Of a stretch of DNA of 64,000 nt, positions 11,447 through 25,383 are shown one piece after another. Within the stretch, counting starts at the first letter, position 1, and each line of letters starts with the position of its first letter. Source of the stretch: the human T2T-CHM13v2.0 reference genome, Homo sapiens; the NCBI RefSeq assembly GCF_009914755.1, contig NC_060927.1. One strand, given 5' to 3'. The notes below the pieces were generated by a model. The model saw only the letters and a list, made by a program, of their open reading frames with translations. It was not told the origin of the DNA and made no database searches. Made by a program: the position numbers and the translations under genes.

Positions 11447-14400
11447 TATTTGTTCTAATAGTTATTTTGTGGGAGCTTTAGGGTTTAAAATATATTCAAT
11501 TATGTCATCCCTAAACACAGAAAAAAATTACTTCTTCCTTTATAATTTGGATATCTTTCCTTTCTTTTTCTTGTCTAATTGAATTTGGCTGTGACCTCTA
11601 GTAGTATGTCGAACAAAAGTGTTAAGTGTGGGCATCCATGTATTATTTTTGGTTTTGGAGGAAAATAGATCATCTTTTCACCAGTAAGTATGACGTTAGC
11701 TATGGGCTTGTCATATAGCCTTTATTAAGTTAAAGTTAATTCCTTCTATAACTGATTTGTTGAGAGTTTTTTATAAAAAAGGGGTGATACATTTTATCAA
11801 ATGCTTGTATTGCATCTCTTAATATAAATCATATTATTTTTATCCTTTACTCTGTTAATGTGGTGGGTCACATGTGTCGATTTGCATATGCTGAGTCATT
11901 CTTGCATGGAAAGACATGGAAATTGCATCAAATTCTACTTGACCACGATGTATAGTCCTTTTACCATGGGATTGAATTTCATTTGCTAATATTTAGTTGA
12001 GAATTTATGCATTTATGTTCATCATGGATATTGGCCTGCAATTTTCTTTTTTTGTAGTACCATTTTCTGGTGTTTGTATCAGGGTAGTTCTAGTCTCATC
12101 TAATGAGTTTGGAAGTATTTCCTTTTATTCCATTTTTTTGAAGAATTTGAGAAGAACTAGCATTCATTCTTCTTTAAACGCTTGGTAAAATTCACCTGCT
12201 AAGCTGGTTGGTGCTTGACTTGTCTTTGTTATGAGGCTTTTGATTACTGCTTCAATTGCCTTACTGTTTATTCGCTCTGCGGTTTTCTGTTTCTTTGTGA
12301 TTTCATCTTGGTAAGCTGTATGTTTCTAAGAATTTATTTCTTCTAGTATATTGAATTTTTGGCATATAGTTATACATAGTAGTTTTTATGATCATTTGTA
12401 TTTCTTTTACATCAATGATAATGTCTCCTCTTTCACTTAAGATTTTATTTGAGTATGTCCACATAAAAATTTATTTTTTTGTATCTTTTCAAAAAAACAA
12501 CTCTTAGTTTTATTGATTTTTAAAAATTGTATTTGTAGGCCTGTATTTCATTTATTCTGCTATAATATTATTATTTTCTTCTGTATTCTTCTATAGTCAT
12601 TACTTTCTTTCTCCTACTTTGTACTGATTTTTTTTTCAATTCCTTGAGGTATACAGTTAGGTTGTTTATTTGAGGTCTTTTTTATTTCTCAATATAGGCA
12701 TTTATTGCTAAAATCTTCCCTCTTGGAACTGCTTTTGCTCCATCCCATAAGTTTTACTATGCTTTCTTTCTATTTCTGTTTGTTTCAAGATATATTTAAT
12801 TTGTTTTCTAATTTTTCTTTGGCATATTGGATTTCTTTGACTCCATATTTACCTTAACAGTGAGTTTTATATTTTCTTGTATATTCATGTTCAGGATAAT
12901 GCTGTGTAAATTTCATATATTTGTGAATTTTCCAGTTTTCGTCGTGGTATTTATTTCTACTTTTATAACAGTATGATCAAAAAAGAAACTTAACGTTTCT
13001 TTTTAAAAGACTTCAATCTTTTAAAATTTATGCTGACTTGTTTTGTGGCCTAACATGTGATCTATCCTTGAGAATGTTCTATGTGAGCTAGAGAAGAATG
13101 TGTATTCTGTTGCTGTCATATGTAATATTGTATATATGTCTATAAGGTCTATTCATCTAAAATGTAGTTCTTCTCCAATGTTTCCTTCTTGGTTTTCTAT
13201 CTCCATGATCTGTCCATAGCTAAAAGTGGGGTATTGCTGTCATCTGCTGTTATTTTATTCTTATATATCTCTCCCTTGTACTCTACTAATATTTACTTTA
13301 TATATTTAAGTTCTCCAATATTAGGTTCTTGCAGATTTACAAGTGTTAAATCCTTTTGATGAATTGAACCCTAATTATTGCAAAATGACTTTCTTTTGTC
13401 TGTTTTTACAGTTTTTGAGTTAAGTTTATTTTGTCTTAGCATAACTATCCCTGCTCTCTATTTGTTTCTATTTGCATAAAATATATTTTTTATTTTCTTC
13501 ACTTTCAGCCTGATGTGTGTCTTTAATGCTAAAAGAAGCCTCTTGTGTGGAGTATATTATTCTATCATGTTTATTTTGATTTTTACCTATTCAGAAACTC
13601 TGTACCTTTTGATTAAAAATTTATTCAATTTACATTTTAATTTTTTCTAACCATTTTGTAGTTCTTTGTTCCTTTCTTTTGCTCTTGCTTTCTCTGGTAT
13701 TTGCTTGCATTTTTGTTGGCATATTTAAGTTCTTTTCTATTTATCTTCTGTGTATATATGAAGCTTACATATAAGCTTACATATGAAGCTTACATTAAAA
13801 ATATCTTATAGTAATAGTCTATTTTAAGCTGATAACAACTTAAGTTTAATCACATACAAAAACCTCACTTGCACTTCTCTGCCACCACATATATGCTAGT
13901 ATTGTTACCCTTTGTATCTTTTAAAATTATGTATCCATTAACAAATTGTTGTAGCTATAGTTATTTTTAATAAATTTGTCTTTTAACTTTTATACTAGAG
14001 TTAAAAGTAATTCACTTTCTACCACTATAATAGTTGAGTAATCTGAATTTAACTCTATATTTATCTTTAACAGCAAGCTTTATATTTTCTTACATGTTCA
14101 TGTTGATACTTACTACTCTTTTATTTTAACTTGAAGAACTCCCTTTAGCGTTTTTTGGTAAAGCTGACCTAGCTGTAATTAGCTTCCTCAGATTTTGTTT
14201 GACTGGGAATTTTTTTTATCTCTTCCTAATTTCCAAAAGAAAGATTTACTGGGTATAGTAATCTTAGTCAACCATTTTTTTTTCCTTTAAGTACATTGAA
14301 TATGTAATTCCACTCCCTCCTGGCTGGCAAGATTTCTGCTAAGAAGTCCACTAGTAGACTTATGTGACAGTAGTTAACTTGTGTGCGACCACACTCTTTT

Positions 14401-16384
14401 CTCTTGCTGCTTTAAAGTTTGTCTTTCACTTTTAGCAATTTGTTAATAATTTATCCCCTGGTAATGTTTGTATTGATCTTGCCAGAGACCCCTTGAGCTT
14501 TGTGAGTCTGGATGTTATATGCCTCCCCAAATTTGGAAAGTTTTAGTCTTTTTTTTTTTTTCTCTTTCTCTCTTCTTCTGTGGAACTCTAATAACATATA
14601 TACTTGTTTGTATGACGGTATACCATTGGTACTATATGATTTCTTTACTCTTTAATATTTTTTTCTTCTAACTTGGTAATTCCCAGTGGCCTGTTTTCAA
14701 GTTTGCCAGTTCTTCCTCTGCATGATTGAGTCTTCTGTCAAAGCTGTTTACTGAATTTTTCAGTTTTGTTATTATATTCTTCAGCTTCAGGATATCTGAT
14801 TAATCATTTTTACGGTTTCTAAATCTTTATTAAGCTTATTATTTAGCCCATATATTATTTTTGAGGTTTTATTTAGTTGTCTATATGTGTTCTCTTACAT
14901 CTTCTTGAGCTTCCTTTGGATGATTATTTTTAATTATTTCTCAAGCAACTTATAGATCTCCATTTCTTTGGGATTGTTCATTGATGCCTTATTAATTTCC
15001 TTTGGTGATGCCTTGTTTGACCAGTTCTTTATCATCTGTGTAGCCTTGTACTGATGTCTATGCATTAAAAGGAACATTCACCTCTTCCAGTCTTTACAGT
15101 CTGGTTTCAGCAGGCAATGACCTCCTGTTGAGTCCCTAGGGATTGCAGTCAATCAGCATTGAAACCAAGTCATATAGCTGCTCCTACGTTTGCAATGGGG
15201 TCCATGATTCATATGTTGTTACCAGGTGCTTCGGTGAGTGTGGATTCTGCTTGGTCTTTAGACAGACAGGAGTGTCTCATTAATCTTGGTCAGTGGCTCT
15301 GGCACTGGGCAAGGGTTCACCTCATGATCTGCAATTAGGTTCACAGATGATGGGGTCTATTACCAAGTCTGTGGGCAAGTGTAGCTTCCAATAGGTCCCT
15401 GGAAATCTCCCACTGGGTCAATGGGTGGATTACTGGGCACGTGAGACTACTCCTGTGCTACAGATGCTTGAGGCTAAAACTAAGTCATATGGCCACTTCA
15501 GGATCCACAGTCATATTGAGGCTGGTAGCCTACCTTTGATAGCACAAACAGGCATGTCTCCCACTAAGTTGCTGGGCAGGCAGGACTGACCCTTGACCAT
15601 GTCTGAGAGGGGCTGGACCTCAGTAACAGGTTCATTTTAGGATCTGTAGCTAGACCAAAGTCAGTTTGCCTGTCTTCCTGGGAAAAGGTAGGCATGTGTT
15701 TCACCAGTCCCTGGGTGGCCAAGACTGTTCCTGGACTGCAGCTATCAGAGCCTGAGCCAGGTTACAGGCTGCATCAGGGTCCACAGCTCGTACTGAGGTC
15801 AGTAGGCCTGAGGCATGGGTAGGTGTGGCTCCTTCTTGATCCCTGGATAGATGGTGTTGGTGGCAGGACCAAGGCCAAATGGGACTGTAACCAAGTCCAC
15901 AGGGGGACATGGCTGTTTCTGGGTCTGTAGTTGGGACCACAGCCAGTAAGCCTGGCACCTAGGCACTGGCCTTACTTCTCAAAACAATTTTATTTGGTCT
16001 TGGGCTTCATCAGTGTTTTGCAGCCTCTTATCTCGATACCAAAGCTCTCACAAAGCCACATGTGTCTATGGTTTGCTGCCAAAATACTGTTGTTGGAGGG
16101 ATACAAGTGGGTAACCTTTTATTCCTACAACTTGCTGATATTATTCCTAAGGTTTTTGTGTTATGTTACCTCTATAATAGAGGTCATAGGAAAACATGGG
16201 ACTAGGTAATACAGGAAAAACTTTGGGGCCCCCAAGTGAGACCTATGTACTTGATTCATGAGATACCCTGGGATTTTAGAGAGGCTTGTTTCTGGAAAGC
16301 TTTCACTTCTAAAAACCTTTAACTCTTGTTTTTATGGAAAATAATTTTGCTTTGTGAAATAGTTCACTCTTTGAAAGAAGACAG

Positions 16385-16570
16385 AGCTGGTTTTGACTGT
16401 TGGATTTGCTACTTTCTTGGCAGTATGCTTCTTAATTAACTTCAGTTTTTACATTCTTTTTTAAAAAAAGGGGAATAACAATGCTTATTTCAAGAGTTGT
16501 GACTATAAATGGAACACGCTACTTAAAGTATCCAACACATTGTAAAGCACGCGATAAATTTATCAATGCC
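16385..16570 (+). mobile_element. MIR remnant
   Basis: Degenerate MIR core (cttaattaacttcagttttt...aaaaagggaataacaatgc). Confidence 0.4.
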
Positions 16571-16773
16571 AGCTTTTCACCCTTTCTTGTGCCTGTGTGT
16601 GGATGTGTGTGTTTCAAATTTCTAAATCACTGATCTCCTCACATGTTGTCTCTAAAATTTTACCCTGATTCAAAATAACCTCCCATGTATAACTTGAATA
16701 TAATGCAATATGCATACAATGTGCCTGATAACTGAATTCTCTCTGTCCATAAAACACAAAGTGTGCAAATGTG

Positions 16774-16806
16774 CACACACACAAACACACACACACACAG
16801 AGAGAC
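16774..16806. repeat. (CA)n(GA)n microsatellite
   Basis: Seen directly. Confidence 0.85.
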
Positions 16807-17647
16807 AAAAGCATATAATGCAAAATAGTTACATTTTAAATGCTCAATGGCCGCATGTAACTATTGGTACAAATTGGAATGGCAGTTTTAGAGTTAGAAA
16901 TATGAATTTAAACTTAGATAGGAATTAGTCAGCTCAGAAAAAAATATTCCTGATATTTTAATAGAAATTTCATGTTATGCCACTAGCAAATTTACTTTCC
17001 CCTTTTCCAAACCATGGTTTTCATATTATTTCTTGCTGTGAACTTCTAGTACCGCTTGCACCCATTACTCAGCTAATGACCTTGCTTAGAAATTCAAAGA
17101 GATCAAATAATCAATATGTTACCTTCTGCATCCTCCTACTATTGATATGCACTACACATATGTATTCTGCCTCTCTTGAATTAAAAAAGATGAACTGCCT
17201 TGCCATTATTTAAGATAAACTTCATCAATTTTTAATGGGTCATTCTGCCTACTCAATGATTCTACTGTTACATACAATTATCTCCCTTCTTTCCTTCAAA
17301 TTATATTTGTTTATTGTATTCCTCCCCTACTACACTGAATCTTCATTAAGGAACAGCTTATTTGTTTTGTTTTTGTTTTATCTTTCTATTCTTAACATCT
17401 AAGATTATGCTTGGCATCTAATAAGTACTCAATATTACCCTAATTAAATCTGTGTCTCCTCCTAGTTAGTCACAAAATGATGTCATATTCAAAAGTAATG
17501 TTAAAAGTAATTAATCCTGTAAAGTACTTTAAAACTTTACTTAACATCTCTGGAAGAGGCACTATAGAGGCAAATTTATTTCATGATAATATTTGTCTCC
17601 TGAATCATCATGGTAACTCCAAATATCTTCAATTTCTCTCTCTGTTT

Positions 17648-17648
17648 G

Positions 17649-17683
<35 letters not shown>

Positions 17684-17689
17684 GTATCT
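17648..17689. repeat. (TATC)n tetranucleotide microsatellite
   Basis: About 8-10 TATC units seen directly. Confidence 0.95.
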
Positions 17690-17939
17690 AATATTTATCT
17701 GTTTCTTCCATGTTAAGATTAGCTCTTCAGTTAATGGATAAATTTATTCTTTTCAGGATTATTTAAAACATCTCAATATTCCAAACATTAAAAACACTAT
17801 CTAAAAGGCTTTCAGATAAATACAAAAACATCCTTATTAATTTTGTAGCAGGTGAACATTTAAATACTTATAAATGTCCATTTTAAAATAAAATGAATGG
17901 ATGATTGATTGAACCATATTCTACATGTGAGTTGATGTA

Positions 17940-18130
17940 TTATAGTGGACAAGCATGTATTTCAAGCCAGTCTGTCATGACCTCAGACTCCTTCTGTGGC
18001 ACTTATTAATGGCTAAAAATTGATATGCTAATTAACCTCTCAAATTTTGTTTGTTCTGGTCTGTAAAATGGCAGTAGAAATATCTACCATGTGTTCAGGA
18101 ATGTGAGAGTTATGTAAAATAATACATATA
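17940..18130 (+). mobile_element. MIR remnant
   Basis: attaacctctc...ctgtaaaatggcagtagaaatatctacc resembles the MIR core. Confidence 0.5.
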
Positions 18131-18145
18131 AAATAATACATATAA

Positions 18146-18392
18146 AAGTCAATTTAACACACCTAACCTACTGAACATTACTGTTAACCCAGCCTACCTT
18201 AAACATGCTCATAACACTTATATTAGTCTATAGTTGGGCAACATCATCTAACACAAAGTGTATTATATAATAAAGTGTTAAACATCTCATGTAATTTATT
18301 GAATACTGTACTGAAAGTGAAAAACAGAATGATTGTGCTCAATGTACAGTTCCTTCTGAATGCTGCTTTTGCATGATTATAAACTTGAAACT
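18146..18392 (+). mobile_element. MER47A (TcMar-Tigger) fragment
   Basis: acacctaacctactgaacat...gcctaccttaaacatgctcataacactta...gaatactgtactgaaagtgaaaaacagaatg matches the MER47 consensus as I recall it. Confidence 0.75.
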
Positions 18393-20080
18393 AAATAAAA
18401 ACAAAAACACAAATAACCCCATAAAGATTGTGCTTCTAGCTTTTAGCACTGGCACTATTTCAATTTTTATAATTTTTCATATCAAATACCTCACAGTAGC
18501 TTAAGAACACAATCCCTGGATAACTGCATTTTTTTCTTCCTAGAAGGGCTGAGAATCATTACATGTTTGCCATCACTGATCAGAGAGCAGTTAGCATCTT
18601 TTTATCAAAAAACAAAAAAATATATAAATTTTATAAAATTCCTAAGGAAAATGCATTTTAACTTAACTGTATGAATTTTTAATATCATCTGGCTTATGAG
18701 ATACATTCTATAATTTGATTTGAATGGCAGTATTATTCTTTTCCTTATTTTTACATTTATTCTTTATTGTCTGCAGAAAAAAAATGATATAATGAAATAC
18801 TTAAGTTGTGTCCATCTTTGAAGTTGAGAACAGTTGGTCTCTCAGAGATGATTAGTACCTCTAGCAGGCTCAACATCACATAATTCAATCTCCTTTGAAC
18901 CTGAATTGAGTGCCAATAGTGCTATTTATTCTGCATTTGAGATGACAGTTGATGGCTAATATTTTCTGTGGGGAAAAACATAGCCTTAAGAAACAAACTT
19001 AGCATGCTTAACAGTGAATTGTGGTACAGCAACAATAGAGACCCAACTTATTTTTAAAATTCCAGCAACCAAAACAAATAAAAAATATGATGTTATAATG
19101 TATATATTATAATATTTGTTACATTAATAGAAGGTGAACTACCTGTTATTGTAAAAGAAAATCCAATTTACTGTCTGTTGCCTTCAATTTTGATTTGACA
19201 AATGCTTAATCTTACGCTGTGTTTCAAGTCCTGTCATTTATCTTTTGGAGCATGTACTGTAATGTCTCCTTGAGGCAAATAAAACTATCTTTGCATTTCA
19301 TTTACTAAAAATGCTTAGGTATATTTGAGTTTATTAGGTGCAAATATGTGAGAAGCTAATTCTGTTGTTAAGATCTTTTTGGCATGTGAAATCCATCATG
19401 ACTTTAAGTTTGAAACTGTTGATTGCATCCTTATTTGTATCAAAAGAAGAAGGCACATGATGACTATTTCTATTGTCCTCACATATACACCATGTAATTT
19501 TGTGATCCATATCAAACTTACTTAAACAACTTCATCAATTGTAAGTATTTAATTATTTCCTTCAACTAGTTTAATTGGATATAAAAGCAAGTTTTCCATA
19601 GGCTGGAATTATTTTACAATATGCATTAAAGAAAAACCTTCACACTGTAAAATGTTAGTTCTCTTTATTCATTTACTATTAGACAACTATTCCAGAGAAT
19701 GCCAAATTGTATGTGAAGGAACATCTTAGAAACAAAATCTCACATTTAAAAAATAATTACAATGACTGTCAGTTCATGTTGTCATATGAAACACATTTTT
19801 TGTTGTCACTCCCTCCAAAAATTCCAACAAAAAGACAGTAAATAAATAAGAAGGTACATATTCTCTAACACATAGAGAATAGAGAGCAAAAGAAAGCAGG
19901 TGAAATACATCAACAATACTTTAGAAGATGGAAAGAGTATGAATGACTATACTACCTGATTTGCATAGTGGAAAAAGCTGAATCTAGATGCTGTGTTAAG
20001 GATGGCTAATCAAATTTAATTCAATGCATCACAAAAGTAATCAAGAAAAGATTGAAACTGAAGGCAACTAGTACCTCTAG

Positions 20081-20432
<352 letters not shown>

Positions 20433-23359
20433 CTCTGAGGATAGGTTGAGAAGTGGTACTGAGATCTGTGTAAGGATTAGTTGAAAGTGGAAGTAATAAG
20501 CAGTGTAATTACTAGATCTCCTCTCTCACCCAACCCGTAGTGCAAACCACCTCACTGCAGCCCAGCAGGCAATGGGGTTTTACCCCCTGAAGAGACTGAA
20601 CCAGAGACACTGTATTTAGGGAGATGCATTCTGTACAGTACATTAGGATCGAGTCACCATCCTGAAAACACTGGAAGTAAAAGTCTGAATAATGAAAAAT
20701 AAGACCCTCTAGCATATTGTCCTCACTAAGGCTATAAATTTTAGAAGACAGCATTACCTACCCCCACTCCCATCAAATCAGAGATTTAGAGATCACTTTT
20801 GAGAACAGGCTCCCCTAACGAAAGTGCACAGATACTTATGTTTGAGGGTCATCAAACGAAGTGGCCCAGGTCTCTCTCTTTTTGACCACTCCACAGCAAA
20901 ACTGAGATGTTGGCAGGGTTGTCTCATGCTCATAGGAATTATTTTAGATTTTCAGTATCTCCTTCTGAAATAAGCAAGATTGCCAAATATTCATCCATTT
21001 ATTAATTCACCAGGTATTTGTTGACCCAAACAGTTTTAGAAACTGGAGATACCTCAGTAAACAAAAGATCAAGATATACTTGACAACTTCTAATACTAAA
21101 GGAAAAAAGTAAAAATTTAAAAAGACAAAGAGATAATAAATCAATAGCAATAAAAATCGATGGTTAGTAGATTCAGAAAAATAAAAATATATCTTGTCCT
21201 AATACAATAACAGCTTATTCTTTTTTAAAAATTAAGATAATAAATAGTATTTGGAAATGTAAAAAAAATCATTGAATCAAAATATTTTTAAAATGAATTG
21301 GAGTAAATATCACATAAAGAAAATTAGAAAAAGACTATTAGAGAGTAACAGAAAAATAATAAGAAATTACATAATACAGCTAGGTCAACCAACATAAGTT
21401 ACAGACAGGGAAAAAAGAGAAAATTAGAGAGTATAATTACATAAAAATAGAATTCCAGAATTAAAGAAAATAAGTTTTTATATAAAAATGTGTCAAATAT
21501 TCAGAACAATAAGTGAGGAAACACACACATGCACAAAGAACACACTATGTGTGAGACAGCAAAACAAGAGGGATTTTAAAAAATCCCAAAATATTCCAAA
21601 TCAAGAGAAAACTAATTCACTTTTGCATATGAAGGACCAGAAGGAAAATGACATCAGACTTCTTCATAGCAGCAAAAGTAGCTGGAAGTCTAATGAGTAA
21701 TGCCTTTAAAAAAAAAATCTAAGAAAAATGTATTTGTGACTGAAAAGTCTAAATCCAGCCACTCTACCAATCAACTGTGAAGACAGAATATTTTGAGAGT
21801 TGTTTTCAGATTCTCAAGATTTCAAAAACTTATCTCCAACTATCTTTTTTCAGCAAGAAATTTAAGGGAATTTAACCCTTCAATAGTAGAATACAGTAGG
21901 TCATGAAAAGCTATGTTCATATCAAAACAGTTAAAGAATTGAAAGCGGTTTCCTCTGCAGTTCGAAATATGATTGTGTACTTTAGCGCAGGATATTGTGT
22001 TTTTGTTGCTGTTGTTTCTTTCTTTGGAGCCCAAAAGTATTCTGCCTTTTAAAACTGCATATAAACAATACTTTGGTAAAAATTAAAATTAAAATTAAAT
22101 CCATGGAGAGCTACATGATTCAATTATCTCTCTGCACAGAATAAGAAACTCAAGTAAACACTGTATCAATTGGAGCCATAGAATTCCAATTATCTCCTGG
22201 AATCAATTTATGCAATTTGGATGAAACACTTGTTGAACTCTGACTTTAATTACTTGAGCACAATAATGTTAACAAATCAATATAAGAAATACCCAAAGAT
22301 TCATGCAATTTCTAAAGCAAAACATCAATAAAAGCATATCTTCAGACGGTATACAATTTATTATACTTCCAAAACTTATTGTATAGTCACTTAGTAACAT
22401 GAATACAATGAAGTGACATGTGTTACTTAATTTTCTTCACAGATCTAAGTTCTTTAACTCCAAACATTACACTCTGGTGATTAAATTTTGTTAATCACAG
22501 GCTTAATGATTAAAGTGGAGGTGACTTCTAGTGAAATAATAAAAATGTAATTAATAATAGGTCCTACCAAGGAAAATCAAGCACAAAATTGCTGAGTCTA
22601 TTTTAAAAATAAGAGCAAGATAAAAAGTGATAGTAAAGAACTAAGACAATTTTATGCTGCTCTAGTTACCCCAAAGCAGTAATTATTTGGAAAGTTATAT
22701 CAATCTAAAGTGGACTCTGACTGACAGGAGAAGCAGACGTTTTCTTTCTCTTTTCAAAAAATTGTTACTTAAATTATCCATACAATAATTTACACAGAGT
22801 GTGCTTAGAGTGAGCGTATTTATTTATACCAAGTAGTTTTGGTAAATATCAGAAATAATGGTACCTAATGAAAACAAATTCTTGGCTAACTTCTTCAGTA
22901 AAGGTTTGCTTCCATTTCCCTTTTCTATTTGGCCCTCACACATTTTATTTACCCTGTGGATAACTTGGTAACAGTGAGCATGTTCCTCTAGGACATTGGG
23001 AAACTTGGCAAAAAGCTGATATTCCTATCATGCTTCTTATACTCCACAGCTAAAGTGATAACTTCTGGCAGAAATAGCCTTTTGCCTGGAGGATGTCTAT
23101 ACCCAAACCAGAGTAGAGGGAGGATTTTCTGATGCTATCCAAAAGTTAACAAGAGGGAAACTGAGGAGATTGGTCATGGGGAAGTGTAGACAACAGATGC
23201 AAGAATAAGGATGAGGCTACTCCAGCACAAAGTGTTAATTGTTCAATTATATTTTTAAAATCATAAATTGCAACTGTTATGCCAACATTCAGCATCTGTG
23301 TGAGAAACTCTTTACTACCATGAAAATTATTTCTAAATTGTTTGTCAGTTATCCAAAAA

Positions 23360-23572
23360 ATTCATTCAGAAATATTTATTAAAAAAATTTTATAGAACTT
23401 CTACTATGTACCAGGCATTTTTTAAAGTGCTAGGAACAAAACTATGTACTCACAGACAATTTTTTTGGTCTACTCAAGCTTACATTCTAATGGGGGGAGA
23501 GAGAGGTTGACAATAAATTAAATAAGTGAAATAAATAAATAAGTGAAATATTATGCAATATGAAGTTAAGTG
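23360..23572 (-). mobile_element. L2 3'-end fragment (host of the MER50 provirus)
   Basis: ttcattcagaaatatttatt...ctactatgtaccaggca...aagcttacattcta. Confidence 0.65.
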
Positions 23573-24272
23573 TGTTACTGGTGGTGAATCCATACAGTTC
23601 TGCAGCAATGTCAATTATTGCCTCTTCAGAAAAAAGAATTTGACTGAGTGGCATAAGGCAGAAGGAGAGGCCAAGGCAAATTTTAGAGCAGAAGTGAAAG
23701 GTTATTAAAAAGCTTTAGAGCAGGAATGAAAAAAGTAAAGTACACTCGGAAGAGGGCCAAGCAAGTTACTTCAGAAATCAAGTTTGCAGTTTGACCTTTT
23801 GATTTGGGGTTTTATACACCGACATGCTTCCAGGGTCTTGTGTTACTTCTCCCACCATTCTGTCCTTGGGGTGGGCTGTCTGCATTCTCAGTAAGTTGCC
23901 AACACACAGTACCTTGGGCTTACCAAAATTTTGCGCATGCTCACTTGAGGTGTTCTTCTCTTAACAGTCGCATTCCTAGGGGAAGAACATATACCGGTTA
24001 AACTCTGCCATTTTTTTCTCTTAGTGTGTAAGATCAAGGCCACTCATCCAATTCCTGAGATCTTATCAGGAAAATGATCACCAGTTTCAGGTTTTCCTAT
24101 CTATTGGGAGACTGCCTTTTACTGGCACTAGCTGCAATCAATTATTGTTTTAGAGGGACAGCGTAACAACTGCTTGACCATCAGCTGATGGTCACTTGAC
24201 ATTTCTGGTGGTTGTGGGGGATGCCCTCTCCTGCCCTGCTTATGCCAGACTATAAGCAGGCATACTATAACA
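23573..24272 (-). repeat. 3' LTR, MER50
   Basis: 700 bp. The minus strand starts TGTTATAGTATGCC...GCAGGGCAGGAGAGGGC, adjacent to the PPT. Confidence 0.85.
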
Positions 24273-24496
24273 TTTTCCCCCTCAAGGGTCAAAGACCCCA
24301 CTTCTTTGGGGAAAATGGCTGCCTCCTGCTGACAGAGACCTGATTGTAGTTGTACTGTTGGTCTTGGCCTCTTGCTAGCTGTCAGGGCAGGGTTGGCTCC
24401 ATGGGTTCATGAAAGCTGTATCCAGTCAGGTCCAAGGGAGACAGGGGCAGGACTTCACCTGCCATGTCTCACTGCTGGGCAGTCTAGGGTCCCCTG

Positions 24497-25383
24497 TAGA
24501 TGAGTGACTCTTGAATATTGAGAGGTCATATCTCTCACTGAGGATCCTCTAGAGCTTGATGGCCTGAAGGTGATAGGAAACAAATTGGTTATTTGATTTA
24601 GAAGACATGGACCAAAAAGGAGCAAACGTACAAGACTAACAACTGGTCCTAAAAGGGGAAGAACCCAGCCGAACCATTTCCAGCTTCCTTCCCAATTTAA
24701 CTAACTCTGGGAGGCTTATTTCCATACACTAGAAGTGGCTTGGTTTGGGAGCTGTCTGACATTGTCTTCCACTTTTCCTGATTGATTTACCCAAAGGCAA
24801 CATTTTTTATCTAGGGATAAACAAATTCCTCTCTGTACTTCCATTAATATATCTGATCCTCAATGATTTTGGAGGACAACACCAGATAAGGAGTCCATTT
24901 GTTCTTGCACAATTGTTAAGATTTTAGCCATGGCATCAATGTTTTTGGCTATTTCCTTTGAGAGCTGGCTACAGGCTAAGGAGGGTTTTGTGATTCCAAC
25001 AATCCTGGTTACCATACAAACTATAATACCAAGTCCCATGAAAAGGAAAATTAATAGGATAGCACTCTTCACCCTGAGCAAGATGGAATGCCTGTGGATT
25101 GGTACTGGAAGAGAGAGATTGCCAGGGACTATGAAAATATCCAGGGATACATAGCCTATGGTACAAGTTATAGTCCAGTTAGTGGGGAGGTATTGGGGAA
25201 CTGATTGGCTACAAATATAGAAGGCTCCTTGGTTTTTAAGACAAGTAGAGATGTGAAAATGAAATAAGGTGGTGAGGACAGCTCAAAAAAAAAAAAAATC
25301 CCAAGACTGCTGACATGCCCAGGTAGACGGTGGCTATAGTCACGCCTGCTAAGACTTGGGTGCATGGGGTTGCTAGCTGATTC
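24497..25383 (-). pseudogene. Decayed HERV-FRD-type env (syncytin-2 paralogue): C-terminal SU plus whole TM
   Basis: Translates to TPCTQVLAGVTIAT...NWTITCTIGYVSLDIFIVPGNLSLPVP...RVKSAI...SQLSKEIAKNIDAMAK...DSLSGVVLQNH*GSDIL...GICLSLDKKCCLWVNQSGKVEDNVRQL...LNWEGSWKWFGWVLPLLGP. This gives the immunosuppressive domain and CX6CC, collinear with ERVFRD-1 as I recall it. Confidence 0.88.

Larger units (their letters stand above)
8772..16147 (-). mobile_element. Near-full-length old L1 (L1MA9-like 3' end), degenerate
   Basis: Antisense 3' UTR from ~8775, continuous ORF2-like and then ORF1-like sequence, and a GC-richer 5' UTR at ~15100-16147. Contains two Alus. Confidence 0.8.
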
